Numbered from the stretch's first letter, positions 1-11,874 are shown. The stretch is 64,000 bases of DNA from Epiperipatus broadwayi (GCA_028023455.1 JAQFVV010000001.1:5890001-5954000), one strand, 5' to 3'. Made by a program: numbers and translations. The notes: generated by a model not told the origin, from the letters alone.

Positions 1-3000
1 AAATCCTTATTTTGGTGATTATAAAAAATAAAAACAAACAAACTTCTCAAAAGATCAGAGTAAAAAAATCAATTCAGTTGAACAATCTGCACAATGTTTG
101 AGCAGAGAAATCGAACTTGCAACTTGAATAGAGAATTTGGCCACCATTAAAATGAAACACTATAGGAATTAACTCTAAAGCTGAATATAAGGTACATGGA
201 GTCAAATCTCTAAGAGATTCTAAAGTAAAAATCTTCAAAATTATCTTTAAATTATTCAACAACTCCTAAGTGTTTTCAACTTTAAGCAAGAGATTAAATT
301 AATTCTAATTTGAGATATCTAATAGTAAATATATTGTTTTTTAATTCACTCAAGATCTTTTATTAAATATAGATAAATAGTAACACATATGACCATGCAT
401 TGCTAATTGTTCAGTGACATCAGGAGAAGAAAGTTGTCACCCATGAAGCTGTAATTGTCAAAAGTGAAATTAATTTGACCTAGCATTTATCATCTATGTT
501 GCAAAACATCAACTCTACTATTGAGAAATGAAATGACAAATTCTATATCTCAAAGCAGGCCATATTAAGAGAAAAATTATATTTGATATAAATGTTCTAA
601 AACAATTTTATCTCATGATCTAATACATGAAATGGATTAAGGAGGACAATTATAATCTCTTTTTAGGACATTTTTTTTATGAACAGTCAAGTTATCCTTA
701 GGTTGAGGTCATAACTTTTTTTCTATATTTATTTTATGTAAATTGCTTCATTTATCTCTTTTCTTTATTAGAGATTGAAGGAGGGGGGGGTATAAATTGT
801 TGATGCATAAGAGAAGGGATAAGCATGTTTAGCTTCATTGAAAATCAAAATAAAATATAGATTCAGATGAGAACTCGCTTGTGAATAGATTCGATCATCG
901 CCAGAAGAGAGGTAAGATTTTATCTTAATATATATTAATTCCAATACTTGTACAGTGTGTACCATTATTTATATTTTTTGATTGTTATTACTAACAATTT
1001 AGTTATTTGTTTTTAGTGTACCTGATTAATTATCTCTAGTTATCAATACAATAGAAGGGGGATCCCACACCACCGCCATATGATTGGTATGAACTAAACT
1101 GATCAAATTATTGGAGATAAATAATAAATTATGATCTTGATAAAATAAATTAGCAAGAGTAATTTAAATAATCATAAGTTACAAAATAATTTTTTGTGTG
1201 TTTATGTTGACTTCAAATGATTATTTTTTGAAGGAAATAATTGGATTGGACCAATAATTATAAATAATAGTCAAAGAATATTTATCGGTGTTTAAATAAA
1301 TTATTTATTTTTGTTATAACTTCTTTATCAGTCGCTACCTGTAAATAAACTTGTTAAATATATAATTTTAAATTAAAGACTATCGTTTGTATTTTTCTAT
1401 ATTCAGTTCTCAATTTGTCATATATTCTCTCACACTCACATATCCTCACACACTTAAACATATTTGCATATACTTGCACATTAAGTGATATTGATATGTC
1501 TTGAACTAGGAGACTATGCATGTTCTTCCCGAGTTTGAAATCTGGGAATAACAGAAACTCAAGATGGAAAGAACAAGGTGAGTATATTGGTATATTTTGA
1601 CACATGTTTGGGTATTAATACATCATCTCCAAGGAATGAGATCGAAGTGCGATATATATTTAGAAACCCTAGATAGACTCTCTTACCCACTTTGATGACC
1701 TACCTAGTCTACTGTCACGTAAGGTCAAGACCTGTTCCATTACTATATATATATTAAGTTCCAACCAGTAACGACCTAAACATTCACAGTAAAATCTAGT
1801 AATCAATATTTCTCACTACTGTCAAGGCAACCTTCACACCTTTTAATAGCAAGAATGAAATATATATATAGTTATTGTCATATATAAATTATTTACTATT
1901 AATGTTATTTATTGTTAAAATATTATATGTTAATTTTGAGATTATAAGACTGATAACCGCTTCCCTTTTTTCTATATAGGATTGTAAAATTAAAAGTATA
2001 ATTATTTGATTTATGTAAATTCTGATATAAGAGAAGATGATAAAAGTCTTATCCTGAATGAACTAGTCATTGAAGTTATAATCTAATATCATCCACTACT
2101 TGTTTTTCAAAAAAAAAAAAAGACAAAATATATATGTTTAATCAAAAAAAAGTATAGAAATTATCATTAAAAAACTTATACCTAATAAACATTCTAAATC
2201 TAGATTAAGATAAAAAGTATCTCAGTTTACTTAATTTTACTGTATTAATTTATAAACAACTTAAATTCAAAATTTAATCATAAGTTGAATTAATTTTATC
2301 CAAGTATATAAATATATTTTTATAAAAAAGATTGTCATAAATATGAAATTATTTATATGATATGCACACAGAGGTGTGTAAGAATAATAGCTAGGTAGTT
2401 GTCCATATGTTCAGTATCTGAATGGTGCAATCAGTATTATGTAGTTAACAAGTGTGTGTAAAAACAAAACAAAAGTGGTATTAATATATAAAGTGGAATG
2501 ATGTAATCCTAAGTTAATTTAATAACGCTATTTACTTGTATCTCATAATTTTTGTTATTTTGATAGATTATTATAGATTTAAATACACACGATCAGCATT
2601 AAGGTAATTGCTTGGTTATTGATTAGGCCTTATGCTGAAGATATTCTCTGAGCTAGACAATAGATGCTTGTATTTATATATGAAGAATGGAAATTAAAGC
2701 ATCCTAAAAAATAAATAAGAAATTAATCTTACTATAGGTTATAATGAATTGGATTATTAAATAATGCATATTTACAAATTCGTAAAGTAGTATAAAATTT
2801 CCAGATTTGTCTATAATCTGGTGGCATCCAATCGTGTTAGTCTAAAATACCTGCATATATGGATATTTCAGCGAATACAATATAAACCATAATAATATAT
2901 ATCTAAATTTTATAATCAATATATTGGGAACAATAATATTTTGGAGTCAGTATTTTTGTTTGCAATTCAAAATTTTAACATAACATATGTAAAATTTATT

Positions 3001-3724
3001 TTTAGTAGTAGATAAGGGTGAAATCTTCCTTTATATCATACAGTTTTTACTTTCATTAAATCAAATTAAATTTGATTATTACAAATAAGAACGTTTTAAT
3101 TCCAGTGAAGCAATTGTTTCAAGTATGGATGGAAAATTTAAAACCAATCCTGGTATTTCTATTCTACTTCATATTATAAATAACTTAGAAAATAATGTGA
3201 TACTTTATAATTTCACATTCTAAAAAATAATTAAAAAATAGTTCAATATTTTGAGATTGTATAATATTATAAGTTTGAACTAAATAAATCAGGTGGTAAT
3301 TCTTTGTGAAATTAAATCTAAATGTTTTAAAGAATCCTTAAAATTCGTTTATTTCCATTTTTATACATAAATAAGTAATTATTATAAAGAAAAAGAATCA
3401 GAATTAAAAACAATTCTTTTTTATGTTGCACTTCAAGTATACAATAGTCAAATATGTTTCAAAATACATATATACAAGCAACAAAGATTACAAATTATAA
3501 AATTATTATAAAAAAGCCTTTTTCGGCAAATTATGTTTTTTGCCCTTTTCAATATGTCTCCACGATTTAAAGCACATACAGCGACATCTATATTAACACA
3601 TGAGAGAAGATAGATAAACAAATGAATATCTGACATGATCTATTATGTGATTTTTTCCCCCTCAATTCTACTACAAAATTACTCTGTTATATGTATTGAA
3701 TGGATATATATTCACATATATTAA

Positions 3725-4051
3725 TTAATTAACTATCCATTCATTATCCATTAACCACTTATTATTTAACTTAATGGATGTTTTGTATATATTCATACAG
3801 TTGTTTTTATTATACATGATGTAGTTTGTTTCATATATTTTACGTCTATTAACATTTTTAATATAATCAAGAACACTTATATTATCAATACAATTTATTT
3901 TATGTCCGTACTGCAAATAATGAACATATAATGCAGATCTATCATCTTTCCTAGAAATAGCATCATTGTGTTCTTTAGCTCTTTCTCTCAATTGCTTTGA
4001 TGTCCGGCCATAGTAAACCATATTACAAAAATTACTATGGCCAGATGTCAA
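3725..4051 (-). pseudogene. Mirror copy of the PLE GIY-YIG C-terminal fragment
   Basis: YYGRTSKQLRERAKEHNDAISRKDD..., nearly identical to the + strand copy. Confidence 0.85.
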
Positions 4052-4323
4052 AGAAATTGAGAGAAAGAGCTAAAGAACACAATGATGCTATTGCTAGGAA
4101 AGATGATAGATCTGCATTATATGTTCATTATTTGCAGTATGGACATAAAATAAATTGTATTGATAATATAAGTGTTCTTGATTATATTGAAAATGTTAAT
4201 AGACGTAAAATATATGAAACAAACTACATCATGTATAATAAAAACAACTGTATGAATATATACAAAACATCCATTAAGTTAAATAATAAGTGGTTAATGG
4301 ATAACGAATGGATAGTTAATTAA
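3997..4323 (+). pseudogene. PLE GIY-YIG endonuclease C-terminal fragment (5'-truncated at the YIG motif)
   Basis: YYGQMSKKLRERAKEHNDAIARKDDRSALYVHYLQYGHKINCIDNISVLDYIENVNRRKIYETNYI matches the PLE pattern YIGQT..L..R.KEH...SAL..H....H.I...N..VL..E.N..RRK..E..YI. The GIY motif is absent and the start codon lies in the opposite arm. Confidence 0.85.
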
Positions 4324-4489
4324 TTAATATATGTGGATATATATCCATTCAATATATATAACAGAATAATTTTGTAGTAGAATTGAGGGGAAAAAATCAC
4401 ATAATAGATCGTGTCAGATATCCATTTGTTTCTCTATCTTCTCTCATGTGTTGATATAGATTTCGCTGTATGTGCTTTAAATCGTGAAG

Positions 4490-4545
4490 ACATATTGAAA
4501 AGGGCAAAAAACATAATTTGCCGAAAAAGGCTTTTTTATAATAAT
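4490..4545 (+). ncRNA. Decayed hammerhead-like motif in the PLE 3' UTR (mirror copy at ~3505-3557, - strand)
   Basis: TTGAAAA-g-GGCAAA-aaacataa-TTTGCC-GAAA-aaggctttttt: variant CUGANGA box, 6-bp stem II, intact GAAA, near-palindromic stem III. Stem I is weak. Confidence 0.4.
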
Positions 4546-4775
4546 TTTATAATTTGTAATCTTTGTTGCTTGTATATATATATTTTTAAACATATTTGAC
4601 TATAAATAAGTAAGTATTAGTAATAGATTTGAATTGATTTGTAAAGATTTTTAGTCATAGAGTTGCAATATTTATTTCAAATCTCTTTTCGACCAAACCT
4701 TGTATTTATAATCACCTACTTTTTTTCAATCGATTCACTTTTTTTAAAATCTGATCCACTTTTATATTTTCTTTA

Positions 4776-5039
4776 TAACTGAAATACAGGCTTATTAGAT
4801 AGCTGTATCAATATATGTAATATATAGGATATATGAGAACGGACTTGCACACTACCCACCAATCTCCACTCTATTTCATAACACTGATACATGTGATGAT
4901 TGCTGGTTTAGCATGAAATACGGATATTGGTGCTTATTTATCCTTTCGACATATATGTGTTCGGGCGTATGAGTGTTACGAGATAGAGTGGAGATTGGTG
5001 GGTAGAGTAAAACTCCGTGCTCATATATCCTATATATTA
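4776..5039. mobile_element. Short fold-back copy of the ~490-nt HHR repeat family (inverted 3' end + truncated HHR + 3' end)
   Basis: Inverted arms 4818-~4886 / ~4970-5039. The loop contains GTGATGA-ttgctggtttagcat-GAAA-tacggata-TTGGT (4893-4931), homologous to the copies at 21.6-22.3 kb. Confidence 0.75.
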
Positions 5040-5377
5040 TATTCTCTTTACAAATGTCTTTATACATGATTAAGTGAGAAATTTAATTTTTTTAAGACTA
5101 AATGGATGTTAAAATTTGTTCTATAATAAAATGAAAACGAAATGTTTTAAAAATGATATTGGAATACACATTACACACGCATACTTATGTAACGTATACA
5201 TATATATATATAAAATATTACTATTACTCATGCAATTGGTTAATAATTAAATTGAAAACATTTATTTATATTTTTAAAAATAAAATGATTTTAATATTAT
5301 TAATCTTTAATATTTATTTCATCTGTGTTTTAAATTGGACTAAGGTTTAATGATTATTTATTAATCATTAAAGAGTA

Positions 5378-5486
5378 CACCTGGGTCTCTTTTTATGCAG
5401 ACTTATTTAACACGATTTCGAAGTTACGCGATTTGTGTTTCACCGGAAGTGTGTTAAATAAGTCCGCGTAAAAAGAGACCCAGGTG
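5378..5486. mobile_element. TA-flanked MITE (Tc1/mariner-pogo superfamily-like); a further right-end TIR at ~6365-6383 may define a ~1-kb parent element
   Basis: TA|CACCTGGGTCTCTTTTTATGCAGACTTATTTAACAC ... GTGTTAAATAAGTCCGCGTAAAAAGAGACCCAGGTG|TA. AAAACGAGACCCAGGTG|TA recurs, ending at 6383. Confidence 0.7.
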
Positions 5487-6960
5487 TATGAACTCCGATA
5501 ATGCGCTATTACTTTAAATAATAAATTTCGCGCACTTACGTTATATTGAAAGTAATAGCACATTATTGGAATTCGACTTTCATCTTAGTAATTTCAATAT
5601 TTTCAGTGCTTTATAATAGTAAGATTTTATGCAATAACAAAACTAAAATCATAATTTCCACATTTTATATATACACACATTAAATTTTACCAGATTATAA
5701 TGTAAATTTGTTCAAACATTGTGCGTGTTAATTTTGCATTTTAAATTACATTCTGTTTTTTGCTTTTTAAAAAGAACGTAATCAATTATTAATCATTTAG
5801 TGTCCACAAGTTTATTTTTAAAAGGTCAGTAATAGCAGTGGGCACAATTAAATTTGACAATTAAAATCTCATTTTTAATTGTAATTAACAATTTACAAAT
5901 TACTTACTGCGACTTGAAATTAATGTGAAATTTGATTTTTAAACGGAATTGAAAATTAAAGACAAAAATAAGAATTTAATTTTTAGTTGTTATTTTCATA
6001 AACAATAAATAAAATCATCGTCTCAAAGATTAATTACTAATTACGTTGTCACCAGAAAACCACTTTTACAACATGAGTGTGAAGCTAGTTGTTTGCAAAC
6101 GAATATGTTATTTTGAATAAAATTAAATATTATAGTTAAAAAAAGTTTGTCTTGTATCAATTTTTTTCAAATTTGAAATTTTTTATTAGTCATATTTTAT
6201 TCCCCCCCCCCTTTTTTTTGCGCGAATTTTAACTTTACGTTGGTACTTTGCTTTTACGCGAATTTTGAAAAATCACAGACCGCATCCCCCCTTTTTCAAT
6301 GTAAGTTATGTCTATTTTTGCGCGATTTTGTTTGCGCTTGTTTTCTGAGGAACCTATCTAGAGCATAAAACGAGACCCAGGTGTATATTGAATTTAGAAT
6401 TTTCATTACATATTGTAAATATTACATACAATCAAGAAATGTGGATGGTTTATATTCAAATGAAATTTAATAAGTGATGTGTTTTAAACTGAGTTTAAAG
6501 TTTATTGCGACAAAAAATTAAGTAATAATTTATAGCCTAATAAAAATTAGCAAATAATCATTAATATTTATATTAGAAAATATTGTCAAACTATAAAGTG
6601 AATTACCGTTGTTTACTATAGATAAGTACTAAACTATGATGATGAAAACTTATGGGAAAGAATCTGAGATAATTGATGGTTCTGGCAGAAATGTGGCTTG
6701 GGAAACATTTCCCGTTTTCACATATCTTTATTCATACATTTAACGAATGTGTCGAATTTCAAAGTTTCATTAAACGTTTTTTTTTTTTTAAATAGTAAAA
6801 AAAAAAGATTGTATTTAACATTACATATATATTTACTTTATTACATGCTTCAACATGCTTTAGGTTTATGCACTCATGCATATTGTAACGATCACACAAG
6901 TAAACTATAAATGTTGGAGTCGAGATATTAAGAGGTTGTAATTTTTTTTTCATTTGTCAA

Positions 6961-7032
6961 AGCGTTGATTGGGAAACAAACCCGGGCCAGCTGCTTGGAT
7001 GGCAGTTATGCTAACCACTAGACCACCAACGC
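6961..7032 (-). pseudogene. tRNA-Gly(TCC) pseudogene or tRNA-derived SINE head
   Basis: The reverse complement GCGTTGGTGGTCTAGTGGTTAGCATAACTGCCATCCAAGCAGCTGGCCCGGGTTTGTTTCCCAATCAACGC follows the conserved metazoan tRNA-Gly(TCC) sequence. The T-loop is mutated (TTTGTTT instead of TTCGATT), U33 is replaced by A, and there is an A-tract rather than a T-terminator downstream. Confidence 0.8.
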
Positions 7033-7484
7033 TTGACTTGGTTCAATTTTTATTCTATATTTTCATGTTTAGGAAGATCTGATTGACATTGGGTTTAAAC
7101 CTCAATCGTCTTGTAAATGTCCTCTTCTACATTGGGGTTTCTTAATGTACTAAATGACATATAGCCAATATATTTTCCTTCAGCACTTTAAAATAAAGTA
7201 ACAGTAAAATAAAAATCAAACTATTGCCATTGAAGACTTTTTCTCATCTTTTTTTCCATTTTATTCCATATCCATTTCATAGCATAATTATTTTAAGCAT
7301 AGTTCAGAAGACCATAATTCTTTTTGATCCATATATCAAAGGAAACACTAATAAAGAAAGTACATCTAAGAAAATATTATTTAACAAAGATCACAATATA
7401 TTTTTTTACATGGAAAACAACAATGTCACTATTCGTTGATGAATCAATGTCTTCTACTTCAATTTGATATAACAAATATATTAA

Positions 7485-8020
7485 TTGTTACATTTTCATT
7501 TACCATTGTCAAACTTCCTCCACTCACAGCTTTGACGCTATCCATTTCAGATAAATACACTAATGATTATTACTACTGTAATCATTTTCGAAACTAGAGA
7601 TTATCTGATTTTTTAAATTTACACACACGGAGTTATTCACTTTTCTCTGTCTCGTATGTAATATCTTTCTAGATATAACAAACACCTCCACACTTCCCCA
7701 TTCTTTTCAAATTCATATAAATAAAAATATAATCTAGTTTCAAAAATGATTAGTAATAATCATTAGTGTATTTATCTGAAATGGATAGCGTCAGAGCTGT
7801 GAGTGAAGGAAGTTTGACAATGGTAAATGGAAAAGTAACAATTTACTCTAGATAAATACTTTGCATATAATAAAGATATATATGAGAGATAATGACCTGG
7901 GCCAACTGATGAGTGCTGGTTCAGCACGAAATGCATCTTGGGGGTCATTTGTCTTTTATTATATCTTTATTTATATGAATTTGAAAAGAATGGGGAAGTA
8001 TGGAGATGTTTGTTATATCT
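7485..8020. mobile_element. Non-coding HHR-containing retroelement insertion (retrozyme / non-autonomous PLE-like), inverted and circularly permuted, 13-bp TSD
   Basis: Direct repeat ACAAATATATTAA at 7472-7484 and 8021-8033. 7485-7597 is the reverse complement of 7734-7843, and 7671-7733 is the reverse complement of 7958-8020. An intact HHR lies between the + strand segments. Confidence 0.8.
7891..7949 (+). ncRNA. Type I hammerhead ribozyme, core fully canonical; predicted cleavage after C7937 (AUC)
   Basis: aatgacc-tggg-CCAA / CTGATGA (7906-12) / GTGCTG-gtt-CAGCAC / GAAA (7928-31) / palindromic ATGCAT stem III / C / TTGG-g-ggtcatt. All conserved core nucleotides and stems I and II are present. 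Confidence 0.9.
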
Positions 8021-9009
8021 ACAAATATATTAACTTTCCATAGAAATTGTTTTTTTTTTATCAGATTTATGAAGATATTATATAGTCATAACATGTATTT
8101 TAAAAGAACTTAACTTTTATTTTTACAACCCCTAAATGCTCTGTTTCTTTAAGTAATTGAAATTCTAAATTTATATATTCTAACATTCATTAAATGATTG
8201 ACTCGTATGTAACAATGTTGTAAACACATTACACATTCTGTTAAAATTTTAACTTATATAATTGAATTTTATCCCTGATATTTTACACATTCTCTCATTG
8301 TTGGTATGATTTCTTGTTTATAACTTAAAATTTTCTGAATTATTTTAAATAATCATCTTACCAATATCATCCATATTGCATAATACAAAAAATATCAGAG
8401 TTGAAACTTTTTATAGGTATAATTAAACAATAAAATTACAAAGAAGTACATAGACTCATGTTATCAAACAATATTCATTAAATATGATGAATATATAAGA
8501 TAATTCTAAATCTTAATCTAAAATGCAAGCCAAATAAAATAACTTAAAATATTTCCATAAATGCATATCTAGTAGGGCTACGTTAACTTCTTACAGAAAA
8601 GCTATCAAATACTTAAACACCAATATAATATTTAACTTCATTAATTTACATATTTAAATAGGATTGTGATACAGGGCTACATTAACTATTTATGAAAATT
8701 AAATGGAATAAAACTTTAGTAAATCGTTCTCTCAATTCATATGAATTATAATCAGTAATATTCTATATGCTAAACATGTCTACAACTCAGTACTCAATTT
8801 TTTAAATCTCTCTATAGTACTTAACTATAAATATTCAAATAATATAAAATACAGTTAATAAAGTATAATTTAGAATTATCAAAATAAATTTTATTATTCA
8901 ACGTTTCCTTTTTTATTAACCCATTTCATTTTTAGAAAATGAGATCATAAATAATTTCAAATCTTTTCAGTACTGATATAAATTTTCAAAATAAACAAGT
9001 CAATTGAGT

Positions 9010-9023
9010 CCACTAGAGGGAGC
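9010..9023 (+). promoter_or_regulatory. CTCF-like motif CCACTAGAGGGAGC
   Basis: Close match to the bilaterian CTCF core consensus, in a locally GC-richer patch. Motif match only. Confidence 0.25.
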
Positions 9024-10099
9024 CTGGGACTCCAGTTCACACTGTTACAGGCTCCCAGTTTTATTCACCAAGGTTATAGTCCAGTTGCGAATTCATAGAA
9101 GAAAAGTTTACTAGGATGTAAGTGAATACCTGTTTTCATCTTTACAAGAAATTTTAAAACAGTTTTCATTCAAGAATAATTAAAATTACCTTTCGTTCCA
9201 TTTTATGTAAATGGCTATCATTAGCAATAGGCAAAAGCTACTTTAGGTAATTCCTAGAATCATTAGAGTAACATAAATCTTTGGAAAATACTTTTATATA
9301 AAACCAAATTATTCTAAAAAGAATAGAGACACTAGAAATCTTAATCTTATTGATAGAATAGAAAGAGTAAGCATTTTGGACATCAGGTCTCATTGAAAAT
9401 ATTAAAAGTAAAGGTGCTAACAAAGATAGTTTTAAGAACTTCATCCTTGCATCAGATATTAATTATGTTAAACAGGTTTCCATGACTGAAAACCAATCAG
9501 GGAGGACAGAAAACAGCCTAGGGAACATTATAAATACAAAAATTAATCATAAAATTAGGGAAAAAAGAAATCCCAGTGCTAAATTGTTCATAGGAAAAAA
9601 ATTACTATATCGTCTGTCAGACCGGAAGTTGCCGAATACGGCAAATCAGTCCAGACCGAATAAATTATTTTGAATTTTAATTCGATCTCAATTTTAGAAT
9701 TAAATATTATAGATTAGGTCTTAAGCTATCTTCTTGCACAAAAATCATATTTCTCCGATGATCACAACAGAAGTTATTAGCCCACTTCCGGTATGATTGG
9801 GGGACCACAAAAATGAAAAAATATTCAAATCAACACAAAATTACAACGAAATGATTCCTGAGCTACAAAACAATGATTTAAAGGCAAAATTAGTCCAAAT
9901 GATGTTTTAGACCTAAACAGAGACATTGAAGCCACAAATTATTCATCCTCTTTTAATTCAACAATTATTGAGATTATTCCAAAGTTTAACAACAAACTTT
10001 CAGATTATACAATTGAATCCTTGACTACTAACCAAGACCCAGAGTTCAATCCAAAGAAGCAGAATTCAATTAGTATCAACAAAAAAGAATCATAGTAAA

Positions 10100-10960
10100 C
10101 CCTGAAGGTCTTTATAGTTGGATGGGTTGCACAGATATTGTGAACATTTGCAGAGCCAGGAGGTTGGTAATGATTACAGACTTTCAGCTGTATTGACTTC
10201 AGTGTGCAATGTGATATGGACAAATGGTGTGTACTCATGATGTGCAAGTAAATCTGGCTTGATTACAGATTACAATGAATCCACTGTTGCATTGGTGGTC
10301 ATGAGCCTGCACTCCTCTTTTCCTCATGTGTGGTGGGGATGGTCATGAGGGGCTTGGTTCATTTATGGGGGTGGTCGGCCATCACTTCCAAGCTCAGGTA
10401 AGGGTCGCTGCCCTCCATTGAACTTTGCCCTGAGAGGCTGCTGCACCGCCTTGATGGATTGTTTATTAGGACAATGTTGATTTGAGCTCATTATTATTTT
10501 TGTTTCCTTAGTTAACTTTAAAATTAGAGCATTTGTAAGGTGGTTGATCTTCTTTAAGCCACTAAAATATTTTGTAGCTTTGATGGAGTTGTTGCTGCAA
10601 TAATTTTGCAGGCATAGGTCTGCACTCCTATTTTCTTCCTCAGGGGTGGTGGCAGTCTTTAGGGGCCTGGTTTATTGGTGCAGGCTGTTGACAATTTATT
10701 GCCGCTACCTGGAAAACCTGCCAGGAGAGTTACCTGGTCAAAGTCTCAGTACCATTCTTGCTCTGGTTGGCTGCTGTGCCCTTGATAGGTTGGTTTTGGG
10801 CAGTGCAGATCTGTGCTTGTTACTTGTTAGTTTTTCCATAGTTGGCTTTCCAATTTTAGTCAGTAGACCGAATGTGGTCCCTGCACATTTGGACTGTTAA
10901 TTGGGAGAAAGAGGTACCTATAATAGTCTTGATATGGCTCGGCTGTGGGCCAAGAGTTTA
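10100..10960 (-). mobile_element. Possible highly decayed LINE ORF1-end / APE endonuclease fragment
   Basis: GC-richer island; translation LKSIQLKVCNHYQPP resembles the APE 'I.ICNIY.PP' motif, preceded by low-complexity Q/N/T-rich coding-like sequence. Many stops. Confidence 0.3.
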
Positions 10961-11833
10961 TTATCCATGTACAGATACACATTAATCAAAATTATAGTAA
11001 CCCTTTTATGGACATAATTTTTATCAAGCATATGTACTTTATATAAACCTTGTCAATAATTGTTTTTCCATGTAACATTAAACACTTTGTAATCCTCAAC
11101 AGGTAAGTGTACCTTAAAATTTTTGTAATCTTTTAACTAATAAAGGTTACTTTTGAGAAAAAACAAAAAAACAAAAAAACAAGTCAATTCACTTCCAAAA
11201 GCAAGCATTTAATGAATTGAAATTGGCATTATAAATGAACTATCACTCACATTTTTCACACACTAATGCTAAATGAATTCTATTTTAGAATTAATACTGT
11301 TACTTAATCTTAATTAATGTTTATTGTGCTAACAAAGATAAATATTTATTTGTAATCTATTTAAGAAACTCATATTTATATAAAACTTTTCTATCTCTTT
11401 TACATATAACACCATCTTCATACCTATCAATGAAATAATAATTTCCATATGAAGTTTCATAAAGAAACATATAAAATAATGTGCTTATTCTCAATAAATA
11501 TATTTCATACTCTTTTTTTGTTTTATTTATTTTTTCTTCAATCGAAATTAATTTATAAGGTAATATTATTAATGATATAATTATTTTCTGGCCTCCACTT
11601 ATCTTAGTAAGTCTTCTTTAATCATTTGAAATGTATTTAGATAGAAAGGAAATTAATTGACGATAATAATCTTATCTTTGCATTTTGGAATAGAAAAAAG
11701 CATCCAAGATATTTTTGAAACTCATAAAAAGCATCCATATAAACTTCAGCTTTTATGAAAATTGAGTTAAAATTGATTCTGAATGATAGGTTGACTTTTA
11801 TGAATATACAATTAGATGAAGAAAATTAAAAGG

Positions 11834-11834
<1 letters not shown>

Positions 11835-11871
<37 letters not shown>
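11835..11871. repeat. (TA)n microsatellite
   Basis: Direct reading. Confidence 0.95.

Positions 11872-11874
<3 letters not shown>

Larger units (their letters stand above)
3444..4603. mobile_element. Penelope-like element (PLE) 3' end present as a ~1.16-kb near-perfect palindrome (two 5'-truncated copies head-to-head, 15-nt loop at 4017-4031)
   Basis: ATAGTCAAATATG at 3444 mirrors CATATTTGACTAT ending 4603. The arms are reverse complements with scattered substitutions, and both encode the same GIY-YIG C-terminal region reading outward from the centre. Confidence 0.9.

Noticed and set aside
770-1580. + strand donor-like sites (GAG|gtaag ~911; AAG|gtgag ~1577)
   Set aside because: The upstream segments have stops in all frames; possibly UTR exons, but unsupported.
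3448-3636. Mirror 62-aa ORFs (also 4411-4599)
   Set aside because: PLE 3' UTR duplicated by the palindrome; no protein-like features.
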